From Eledone cirrhosa (Eukaryota): DNA of 64,000 nucleotides. Made by a program: the position numbers and the translations under genes. The notes beneath the pieces are model-generated. The model saw nothing but the letters and a program-made list of their open reading frames with translations. It ran no database searches and was not told the DNA's origin. Positions within the stretch are counted from its first letter, which is position 1. Each line of letters starts with the position of its first letter. The stretch spans positions 128,340,001-128,404,000 of the forward strand of contig OZ024740.1 in NCBI GenBank assembly GCA_964016885.1. Direction: 5' to 3'. This document shows, piece by piece, positions 13,520 to 25,241 of this stretch.

Positions 13520-14362
13520 TATCATCATCATCATTTTTAGGTCTGCTTTCCCATACTACCATGCATGGGCTCTATCCAGCACATCCACTTTGTCATCTCC
13601 AGTATGAAGTACAGCATTTTGAGATGAGCTCTAACTACATTTGCCCTTGTTTTACTCCTTCATCCTTTCAATAGCATCACTTGGCACTTCTTGGTCTAGC
13701 ATTTGTCAGCCTTATGCATGACATATCCATACGAATGCAATCTTCTCCCTTGCACATAACATATTTTTTTTTATATTCACCTTTTCTCTCAGTTCATCCA
13801 TGCCCCATCGATCATGCACATTAATACTACACATCCAATAGATCATGCTCTATTTCTCTCTAGCCAACATATTTCCTCTGCATTCACCACACATGAGTCA
13901 CTACCATGAAACATCACATTTCTCACACAGGCATCATATAATTTACTCTTCACTCATAGAGAAAAATCCATTTGTTGTTAACAGAGATAGTAGCTCACTA
14001 AACCTTTTCCAGTTTGTTCTTAATCTAACTACTACTTTTGAGAGTGACACCTTACCTGGCTAATTAAGTCACCTAAATGTCAGGAAATATCAACTACTTT
14101 AATGGCAACATCTTGGGATTGGAAAAGATTAATTTAACAGCTGATCCTACAATACATTACTTAGATGAAAATCTACCTTTTCTGTTAGTCAGCCTATAAT
14201 CCCAGAACACCACCTAAGTACCTATACATTACAATGAGTGCATTGTATAGAGTTCCTAACTATGCCTTTTCAACATATTGAACACAGCCACTTCCCTGAT
14301 TGAATTGAATTTTTTCCTGTTTCCTACTTACTAAAACTTTAATCTTTGCTAGGTTTACTCTG
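13520..14362 (-). mobile_element. Old degraded RTE 3' fragment
   Basis: (CAT)n tail and decayed RT C-terminal motifs (gtaaacctagcaaag, gggaagtggctgtgttc on the minus strand). Confidence 0.7.
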
Positions 14363-15124
14363 ATAGAATTATCTGTCTGTTTACCTGAGTGGTTATGTAT
14401 TTGTCTATGTATTTATTGTAGGCAGCCAGCAATTTGCAAGCCATTAGAATGTCAGATAGAATGCTTTGGGATATTCATTCCAGCTTTCTGCACTCTGAGT
14501 TCAAATCCTGCTGAGGTCAACTTTGCCTTTCATCCTTTTAAGGGCGATAAAAAAAAATACCAGTCTAATAGTCGGGTCAAATTTCTTCTATATCTCTTAC
14601 TCACTTCCTTTCTCTTTTTGTCTATCCTTCTCTGGAAAAACTAAGCTGTGTTCAGACCTGGAGAGGGGATAGGGTCTGCCAGGTTTAAAAATGCCCCCCC
14701 ACCCCCAACAAAAAAAAACCGGTGTCACTACAGCACCCCTATGACTCAACCAATAGTTACAAGTTCATATATACATCTATCTATCAACCTCCATGTCTGT
14801 CAAATATAACATTGGGTGGAAATAATCCTTAGCATATTGTGCATGATTGAGCGGCTAGGCTTAATTTGTGAGACTTTTCTATGTTTATCATATACAAAAA
14901 TATAGTTTGTGCCTTCATATATATATATACCTGTGATGAACCACATTATGTAAGTGCTACTGCTATTTAATGTATGCTTTGTTGGCTATGATTATTTGCA
15001 AGTGATCATCTCCAGCTTAGGTTCAGTTAGAATTATATGCAAATGAGCATCCAGTTGATGATTCATATGCAAAAATGTATATAAGCTATAATTTATTTGT
15101 GCCTCTGTACTGAGTAGCGTGTTA

Positions 15125-16829
15125 GAAATGACACTGCTGCACTTAGCACCACTGATGCTCAAAAAGAAGAGGCCTGGAAATGTTCATATGAGGGCTGGTG
15201 AATGTAGAAAATGAATAGGAGGAGGAGAAACTACCCCCAATTTAACCAACAGAAGGACCAGCTAATGAAAGTGACCAGCTAATGAGCAATTAAGGAGATG
15301 GAGAAGAGTTAAGCTGCAGGACTGTTAGGGACAGTTGCTGAGATGCTAAAAGCATCAGGAGTAGTATGAGTCAAACTAGTAATCGGCATAATCAACCATA
15401 TAATAAAAGACAGTCATATGTAATGACTAGTACAGCTGTACAGTCATAAATTGCTACAAAGATAAAGGTGATACTCTAGAAAGGAGCAATTATAGAAGAA
15501 AAAAATCTAATAAACCATGTTATTACAGTGATGGAAAGAGTTCTAACACAGCTAATGAAGGAAAGAATCAAATCAGTTGAAATGCAGTTCAGTTTCATGC
15601 CTGGGAAAAGTACTACAAATGCCCTCTTTTTAGTGAGGCAACTAGAAGAAAAGGTACTTACCAAGAATAAGCCACTATATTTAGCTTTTGCTGATCTAGA
15701 AAAGGCCTTTTACAAAATACCTTGATCTGTTAACTTGTGGATATTAAGAAGATTAGTAGAATGGATTGTGAGAGCAGAACAAGCTATATAGAGAGGAGCT
15801 GTCTGCAAAATGAGTGTAGGAATTGTGTTTAATGAGGAACTTAAGGTACAGGTAGGGTTCAGTTTGTAGCCCACTACTATACATCCTAGTTCTCCAGGCT
15901 ATAACAGAGGAGTTTCAGACTGTCTGTCCATTCGGAATGTCTCTATGTGGATGACATAGTCCTTATAGCCAAATCCATTAAATAACTAGAGAATAAGTTC
16001 CAACTAAGAAATATAATTTGGAATCGAAAGTAAACTTAGCTAAGTGCTTATATGTAGGAAAGAATATATGAACCTGATTCCCTCAGCAAGGTGGCACTGC
16101 TCAATATATAGAAAAGGAGTAGTCATAAAGGCTATATGATATACACAGTGTAACTGGTGGATATACAAGAGTTGTAGTGGGATATCAGGTAGACTTTTTA
16201 TGTAAAGGATGCATATGTGTAATTGAGGAGAAGAGCATCAGTAATATTAATCTTTTTCAATCACATGAAGGCTCCAAATTGGTTATTAGCTTCTGTTATT
16301 TAGGTGAACTAATTGGCAGTGGAAGAAGGTGCTCTGGGAGCATACTAATTAGAATAAGGATAGGATGGAAGAAGTTTAGAGCTACCCCCACTGTTGACAA
16401 CAAAATGTTTATCCCAACATACAAAAGGATGACTATGATGACTGAGTGCACAGTGTGAAGCTGCATGGTAGGGTTAAATATGGGTAGTGACTGCAAAGAG
16501 AAATGAAGCAGCCATGCTTCGTTGGATGTGCAATGTAAATGTGAGAGAAAAACAGAGGTTGGATGAACTTCTGGAGAATCTGTTTTTCAGAGGAATCCGA
16601 AGTGGTGTACAAGAGAGAAGAATGCATTGGCAAGGACACGTGATGCGCATGGATATGATCGCTTTGTGAAGAAATGTCAGGAAATCCCAGTGGAAGGAAA
16701 CCACAGTAGAAGTAGACCAAGGAATAACTGGTCAGTGGTGAGTGCTGGAGATGATTATGCTGAAGAGGACCCATCCACCCCCATACAAGCACGGAAAAAT
16801 GGATGTAACAACGATGACGATGATGATGC
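15125..16829 (+). mobile_element. Old degraded RTE (family B-like)
   Basis: ORF bits MQFSFMPGKSTTNALFLVRQL..DLEKAF, FCYLGE..IGWKKFR and NEAAMLRWMCNVNVRE; ends in a gat-repeat tail. Confidence 0.8.
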
Positions 16830-18285
16830 TATGCACCAAAATCATAATGATTTCCAGAGGTTGAGTGAGGAAATGGGTCTGTTCATATTCCCATTATTTT
16901 TTTCTATTGTCTATGTCTTGTGCGCTCCCTATTTTGAATATATATGTGTATATATATATATACATACATACATAAGTTTCTATGTATATGTATATATATA
17001 TGTTCATGTTACATTCTTCCTCTGCATACATCTTTTCAAACTATCTTTTTATTTGTCAAACATTTTCCCTTATATTTTGGAAAAATATTATTCATCCATT
17101 AACGGAAATCTAGAAAGTATAATGGTGTAAAAAGGGAAGAAACCACAACAAAATTTAAAAAAAAACAAATATTCATTCTCTCTCTCACTCTCTCCACTAT
17201 TCTTCCTCTCTCTCTTACTCACACACTCTCTCTTTCAGCCTCCCCCTCACTTGCTTTTATAAGAAAAGCAGTTATGCTAAGTTGACAAGAGCAAAGGACA
17301 TGTAACCTACATGTAGTCATGGAATCAATAACTTTTACATTTTTGGTCAGATGTTGTTGAAAATAATATTAGTGTTAATCAACAAAGGTATACAGAAAAT
17401 ACTACTATTAATAATAATAACAATATTAGAAATATTACAAGTAAGGTGGGGTTGTGGGCGAAGTTATTGAAAATAATAGTAGGAGAAAATTGTCTGGGGT
17501 GTTGCTGTTATACATATAGTTGTTGAGTAGCTTTCGCTTGTAGAATAGTTTCAATTCTTTACATTCTCTTTCCCTTTTTATAGGAATTATTTTTCATTCT
17601 TTCCTCCTCTCTCTATATATAAGTTTTTATAATAATAATAATAGTAATAAACGAAAGATATATACTTTATATCATCTCTATTTATTTCATTATGTATATT
17701 TTGAAGATGTAAAATTTCATGTATAACATACAGCAAAACATGCCCTCTTCAGATAAAATACAGAGAAAATGTACAATATTTTTTCTTGATATGCTGGTAG
17801 ACAAACGAGCTAGACAGATCAGCTTGCACTGTGTGATGTTACCTTTATCAACTGTCAAATGCAGGTCTCAGATGTTGGCCTCTTTGAACAGTATCAGATC
17901 CTCTAGTGTTGCCAAGCAACATTTCTTCTTCTTGGTGTTATCAATAGTTTTGTGATGCTAATGCAACCACTCTCATTATTTAGTCATTATAACATTTACT
18001 CATGGCTGGTTTTCTGCTTTTTGCTTTCATCATTTGTCTTTCACATAACTGCTTTTGCCATATTTATAATGAAGATTTTTCTGTCTCCCTGTCCAGTTGT
18101 TGAAATCACCTCTCTATTATTTCCAGTTTAATGCTAGCCATGTAGAACATGATGGATCTAGCCACAAGGCCCTCCTGGCATCCCACATCAAATGGAATGA
18201 ATGTACACTTTTAAACCTGACCCTAATATGACTAATTTAGATATTCATATATATGCATATATATTGCATATATATATATATATAT

Positions 18286-18632
18286 CAACATCATCATCAT
18301 CATCATTTCATTTTATGTCCGCTTTTCCCTGCTTGCAAGGGTGGGACGGGAACTGATTCTGGCTTGATTTCTACAGCTGGATGCCCTTCCTAACACCAAC
18401 CTCATTTACAGTGAGTGCTGGGTGCTTTTTTACCGTGGCACCTCCACGACCACTTTACAGTGGAATGATATGGACCCCAGTCCTATCATCTCATTTCTAC
18501 AGCTGAGTAAACTGGAGAAATGTGAAATAAAGTGTCTTGCTCAAGGAAACAACACATCACCTGGTCTGAGAATTGAACTCACAACCTTTCGATTGCAAGC
18601 CCAATGCTCTAACCACTAAGCCATGTGACTCC
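18286..18632 (-). mobile_element. Full-length tRNA-derived SINE with CORE-like segment and RTE-derived tail ('SINE-2')
   Basis: Minus strand: A box tggcttagtgg, B box gagttcaattc, then ccttgagcaagacact...cagctgtagaaatgag, then RTE 3' UTR sequence and (GAT)n. (TA)n on both sides. Related heads at ~19060-19165(-), 32590-32740(+), 58098-58170(+) and 63850-63950(-). Confidence 0.75.
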
Positions 18633-19543
18633 TATATATATATATATATGTAGAGAGAGAGAGAGATAGATAGGTAAATAGATAGATAAATCATTCTGTT
18701 TGAATCTTTTGGATAGGCATGCACATTTATAAAAGAACATAAGTACACTTCCTTTTCATGACATTCTCTCTTAAACACTCGAATACATCTTGAATATATA
18801 TATATATATCATATTCATCATCTTCATTTAACATCAATACATCTAGTTTGTGCATCTTATTCAGTCATCTTTTAAATAACTTTTTTGTATTATACTTCCG
18901 GGTGTTTTATAGTAACAACTTAATTTTCATCCATTCAGGAACAAACAGCAAGCACCCAAACCTCATTTGCATACTGTGTGGGCTGGATCTTGACAGATTA
19001 AACCAAGGAAACAATAAATTGCTAGTACACTCTTCTGGTTGTAACTCTTGGTAGAAAGTGTCACATAAAATAAACATCTTGCTCAAGGACATAATGCATG
19101 ACGTGGCCCAGGAATAGAATTCACAACCTCCTGATTGCAAATCCAATTCTCTTATTGCTCAGCAATTAATTTGTATAATACTTCATTTTATGATCACACA
19201 GAACTTCCAGTCAGTGAAAATGACATTTTTCTTTTTTCTTTTTATTCATATATGTCTGTCCATCAATCCATGTTTATCTGTCAGCATGACAATGAAAAAT
19301 TACATATGTATGTGTATGGATGTATGTGTACTATCTTTATGTGTTTGTCTGTGTGTTTATTCTATGTCAAAATATTTCATCATACTTGTAAGAGATGAAA
19401 TTATTCTAATTTAGAATTAACTGATAAATAATATATACTCTAATTCATGTATCAAAAAATATTTATTCCTTTCATTTCTGTATACACTCTTATATTATAT
19501 CCAGTAATTTATTCCTAAATTGACTCTCATAATTATATATATA

Positions 19544-20563
19544 TGAGGTGGGTCAGAAAAGTTCCAGGACTGATGTCACAAAAGATTTATTTCAAACCCA
19601 AACTTCACACTAAGAGTTTTCTCTTTCAAAGTAATCCCCCTGGAGTATGTAACTGTAATCTTAGCTCCCTGCAGTGATCAAACTTTTTTCTTCATAATTT
19701 TAATTACATGTCCTCTGTTTCAGATCGTCAAGCAATGAGCACAGAGCAACGAACAAACTTGAAAACTCCATCAGAAGCACTGGGATTGCTGCAGCAAGTG
19801 TATGGAGATGAGACGATGTCATGCTCACATGTTTTTGAGTGGTGCAAGAGGTTTAAAGAAGGACGCGAGGATGTGGAAGATGACCCGAGGAGCGGAAGGC
19901 CCTCAACAACCAGAACTGAGGTCAACGTTGAGCGCGTCAGGCAGATGGTGTGTAGCGATCATCGGCTGACTGTTCGACTGATGGTAAATGAGCTAGGCAT
20001 GAATCGGGACAGCGTCTGGAAGATTCTCACGGAAAGTCTGCGTGAAGATGGTGCCAAAACTGCTGAAAGATGACCAGAAGGGTCGACGCCAGGCAGATGG
20101 TGTGTAGCGATCATCGGCTGACTGTTCGACTGATGGTAAATGAGCTGGGCATGAATCGGGACAGCGTCTGGAAGATTCTCACGGAAAGTCTGCGTGAAGA
20201 TGGTGCCAAAACTGCTGAAAGATGACCAGAAGGGTCGACGCCAGGACATCCTCAAGTGTCTTGAAACTGAACCAGACTTGCTAGGGACAGTCATCACCAG
20301 TGATGAGTCATGGATCTTCGAGTACGACCCGGAGGGGACCCGTTTTGAAGATGTGGACGACATCAAAAAGGGCTGTGATGACGGAACTATGGAGGATCCC
20401 GGAAGAATCCTTCCAGGAGTGCATGCAAGCATGTCAGAAAAGGATGGAAAAGTGCATTAGCCTCCAGGGGGATTACTTTGAAGGAGAAAACTCTTAGTGT
20501 GAAGTTTGGGTTTTAAATAAATCTTTTGTGACATTAGTCCTGGAACTTTTGTAACCCACCTCG
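19544..20563 (+). mobile_element. Non-autonomous mariner (Tc1/mariner) element
   Basis: TA flanks; ~102-bp terminal inverted repeats 19544-19645 / 20462-20563. Transposase remnants: VFEWCKRFKEGREDVEDDPRSGRPST, ITSDESWIFEYDPE and CISLQGDYFE. Confidence 0.92.
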
Positions 20564-20590
<27 letters not shown>

Positions 20591-20594
<4 letters not shown>

Positions 20595-20972
20595 AACAGA
20601 AGGCTGGACTGGAGACTTTATAATCTTAATTGTGCAAAAAGACTATACATATTTCAATGTCCCAGCTTAATCATCTGAATATAATGCAAACCCCAGGTGA
20701 TTTCATCCGGTATTAATTTCAGAATTAGTTATATAAGAGAACAGGAATCTGGCGATCACAAACACAGAATAAAAAATAGAAGATAGATGACCGATTTTGA
20801 TTGACGGATGGCCCGCTGATTCCTTGTTATTGTAATGGCAGGTTATCATCAAATGGATGTATAAATAATGCTGCAATTAACACCTGATGAAATTGCCTTG
20901 GTCTTGCATCACATTTGGATGATGAAACTAGGCCATTGAAATATGTATAGTCTGGCCTTCTATTGTTGTTTT
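20591..20972. mobile_element. Probable Penelope-like remnant with two inverted, diverged hammerhead-like copies
   Basis: The reverse complement of 20641-20720 aligns with 20873-20952. The plus copy has CTGATGA...GAAA-tatgta-TA. Confidence 0.45.
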
Positions 20973-21227
20973 TAATGGATATTTCAATCTGTTCCAGCAC
21001 CAATCACTGGACACCACATCTATGATGAATGATCTGCATACCGTTGAATGCTTCAATTTATTGCATCATTATTTACTAACTGGAATCATCAGTTCTACCC
21101 ATTGGCAAACAACGTAACATAAATTATATATATATATATATATACGTTATTCCGGGTTGAATCGGAGGTAACAACAGTAAGTAAGGTTCTCAATACATAG
21201 CAGAGTATAAAAGTTTTAATATAGATG

Positions 21228-21278
21228 AGATTCTACAGGACTAGAACTGTTTCATTCTTTAGAAATCATCAGGAATCT
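21228..21278 (-). ncRNA. Minimal type I hammerhead ribozyme candidate
   Basis: Minus strand: agattc-CTGATGA-tttctaaagaat-GAAA-cag-ttctagtc-ctg-TA-gaatct (stem I agattc/gaatct, stem III cag/ctg, GUA cleavage triplet). Confidence 0.6.
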
Positions 21279-21305
21279 AGTCCTGTAGAATCTCATCTAT
21301 ATTAA

Positions 21306-21339
<34 letters not shown>

Positions 21340-21395
21340 TGAAACAAAATGAAAACGAAATTTCATTTCTCACTCTTAGTATGGCACTTACTTAA

Positions 21396-21658
21396 ATGTA
21401 AGTATGCATGTATACGTACATACATATATGTATACAGACGTACAGTAGCATGCACATATATATATATATATACATATATATATACATATGCATACAGGTA
21501 CACATACATATATGCACGTATATGCGCCGCTAAACTGATACGTGCATATATGTATGTGTACCTGTATGCATATGTATATATATATGTATATATATATATA
21601 TATGTGCATGCTAATGTACGTCTGTATACATATATGTATGTACGTATACATGCATACT

Positions 21659-21663
<5 letters not shown>
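21396..21663. repeat. Near-perfect ~125-bp inverted repeat (16-nt spacer)
   Basis: Arms at 21396-21521 and 21538-21663; spacer atgcgccgctaaactg. Confidence 0.9.
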
Positions 21664-21722
<59 letters not shown>

Positions 21723-22512
21723 TAGACAGAGAGAAAGATATATAAATATATAAATATAGTTTCATCCAATCAGACAAAGAGATATATATGTAGTTGCATG
21801 TAGAGTCACAGCTTTACTTATACATTTTTGAGGGAAATATTCAAGAAGAAACTATGTGTATATGTTATACAAGCTAAACTTTATCAAATAACTACATTCT
21901 GCTTCAAAATATTGACACTATATAGAAAATGTTTACTTCTCGTATTGGCATAGCTATATATATATATATATACTCATTTTTTTTCTCTGCCAGTGTGAAA
22001 TGTACTGTATTGAAATCTGAAAAAATATATTTTTAAATTATAAGAGTGCCATGTTATGTGTAAAAAAACAATATTTACAGTAACATAGTGAAAATGTGTG
22101 GGTGAGACATTTTTCAGTTGGTGTGATTCTTGTTACAAAATCTGTATGTATTTTTACTTTATATTCATATTATTTCTTTTTGTTAGTATAGAATATGTTT
22201 TTTTGTAACAAATTGATATATTTTATATTATTGAGGAAGCAGCAATATCTATAAAAGTTAGAAATAACCAAATGAATCAATAATACAACCAAAACCAAAT
22301 ATTGTAATAATGTAGGTAAGTGTTTAACATATATAACTCATGTTGTATTAATTCAAAGTTCAAATTCAACCTTCACGAGGCAAGAAATTATTAAACTGCT
22401 GGTCAACTCAGAATTTGAATTTTATTTAGTACTCATATCTTTCTTAATAATCCCACAAATTCAAGCAATGGTTTGAAATGAAGCATCCAGTTTCTTCAGC
22501 AACATATCATAA

Positions 22513-23230
22513 TAATAATTGTTTCTACTTTTGGCCAAGGCCAGCAATTATCCAGTGTATTACTGGTACTTTATTTTATCGACCCCGTAAGGAAGAAAGG
22601 AAAAGTTAACCCCGGCAGGATTTGAACTCAGAATGGCAAGGGCCGTAACTCTATGCATCAAAGCATGGCGTCCGACCCTCTACCGATACTGCCAATCCAC
22701 CGCCAATAATAATTATTTATACTATAGGCACAAGACCAGCAATTTGGGGGGAGGGGAAAGTCGATGAAATTGTCCCCAGTGCATTAATGGTACTTTATTT
22801 TATCAATGCCGTAAGGATGAAAGGTAAAGCTAAACTTGGCAGGAATTGAACTCAGAGCATAAGAGGCCGTAACTCGATGCATATAATAATAATTGTTTCT
22901 ACTTTTGGCACAAGGCCAGTAATTATCCAGTGTATTACTGGTACTTTATTTTATCGACCCTGTAAGGATAAAAGGCAAAGTTAACCTCGGCGGTTATATA
23001 TATTCTACATCTCTTTCAATATATTGGTATTTTTTATTGATCACTTTCTTTTATGTAATTCTAACCAGTTCACACTTAGTCAATGGTATATTACATGCTG
23101 CTCCAACTTTTATTTAATATTTATTATTAACCGCTGAGGTTAACTTTGCCTTTCATCCTTATGGGGTCGATAAAATAAAGTACCAATAATTGCTGGCCTT
23201 ATGCCAAAAGTAGAAACAATTATTATTATT
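22513..23230. mobile_element. SINE-1 cluster: three head-to-tail minus copies (22513-22996) and one plus partial copy (23128-23230)
   Basis: Repeated motif ggtactttattttatcgacccc.taagga..aaaggcaaagttaacc and its reverse complement. Confidence 0.85.
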
Positions 23231-25241
23231 ATTTTATATTCATTTTCGATGCTGATCTATCCAAGACCAGACTGTGCAGAGAACTGCATCTTGTTCATAT
23301 GTTTTTTAGTTGGCTTCCTTTGTGATTGGATACCTTTCTAATGCTAGCAACTTTACAGATTGTACTGGGTGTATTTTATTGTGACAGCAGCACTACTACT
23401 TTAAATATGTTAGTGGGTGCATTTTATCATGTCAGTAGCACTGGAGAGAGTAGTAGAGGACACTTATGTAAGTTACTACACAGTGAAACTTAACCTGGTA
23501 TCTTTGGTTGTAAACTTCTCAACCACACAGTGATGCCATGCCTATATCAATAATAATAAATTTAATCAACTACTTTAAAATTACTGGTTAATACTTAAAA
23601 ACAATATATAAGAATTATGAAATTTGAAAGTAGACAGATAGCCTTTTACTGTCTCCAGGGATTTTACTAACTAATTCAACTATTTTATAATTAACATTCA
23701 CCTGACATTCACGTGTATATAAGAAATACTTCAGGAGTTGAGAAAGTGATGATGCATAAGGCCTGCTTTTCTGAGATGAGATTGTATTGGAGCCTTTTTG
23801 ACATCTAGAACTTATCAAATTGATAAGGAGACTTTAATAAATTCCACAATAAAATATTTAAAAATACTTAACATTCTGAAATATAAACAAGACATTGCAA
23901 GATCATTAACAGGTTTTAAAACTGTTATATTATTGCTGTAATTTCTAGTATATATTCAAGAATGTTAATCATGGAAGAAATCATTCTGTAATCTTTGTTA
24001 CAGCTTGGCAATACATGGCTTATTTTTATCTTAAAGTATCTTTATGGTTTAATTTTCAAAGACTACCGGATTTTCTTTCTTTCACCATTCATCTTTTCCT
24101 CATTCAGTCTGGTTCTCCATTGCAAAAATCTGTATCAGTTTCCTATGCTGAGTATAATATATTCTACATCTCTTTCAATATATCGGTATTCTTTATTGAT
24201 CACTTTCTTTTATGTAATTCTAACCAGTTCACACTTAGTCATTGGCATATTACATGCTGCTCCAACTTTTATTTAATTCAATATATTTTACACACTTCTG
24301 ACAGTTTTGCCTCCATTTCATTTTATTATGTATATATTCATCACTTGCTTGTCTGCTAAGTAGGAAATGATATCTGTGCATTGCCTTCATATTTCTAACA
24401 GCTCTAGATTGATGTTACTGAATTGAAAGACATTTGTTAATACTCTGTCACTACATTTGCACTGTAATTTATGAGACATCTATAGGAAAGATGATACTGT
24501 TTCTTTAAGCAAAACAAACAGTTTGTCTCCAAACCAATTTTACAAGCAATGAATTAAAAATAAGTTAGACACCAATGCTCTGTCAATAGCAAGAGAAGGA
24601 TATTCTGCCAAAGGTCAATGAAGAACAGATAGATTGCATAATATGATAAAAACATAAATACAGAACATGAAAATCCTGGAAACAAAAAAATGACACAAGA
24701 TACTACAGAAATGGGAAACTACAGAGAAATGGAAAATCATTAAACTTCTGTTTAAAATACTTATTAGTAATCTATGTATTAGATGCTGAGATATTTAACA
24801 ATCTTCAGAAAAAGCCTTAAGTCATACAATAGTTTAATTGTTTACTGATGAATAATCCATCCTAACCATGGTAGAAACATTTTCAAATCCTTCCTGTAAA
24901 ATAATGCTATTACACTCATAAACGGTCTGTTTAAAATATATAAAGTGTTAGCCATGAGATTAAAAGATCATCATAAATGATGAACATTTCCTTTGAAAAA
25001 GAAGACAAAACATAGGATGAACAGAATGGATGCCACAAAGGTTTATATGAATGTAAAAATCGGTTGACTAAAAACACAAGAATAAATAGAGAATGTATAT
25101 GGAGAAGGATGAGTGTATGCATTAGATTGTTTACCAAAAGTATTTTGATCATTCTTGTATTTGGACAGGAATTTGGCAATATTGAGTGTAATTTAGACCA
25201 AACTATAAGCAAGTGTCTATATATATATATATATATTGTGT

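Noticed and set aside
14931-15120. LTR-like segment with octamer ATGCAAAT and TATATAA
   Set aside because: No second LTR, PBS/PPT or TSD seen; such short motifs are expected by chance in AT-rich DNA.
18560-18632. tRNA gene
   Set aside because: A and B boxes are present but there is no complete cloverleaf, and the sequence continues into a SINE body and tail.
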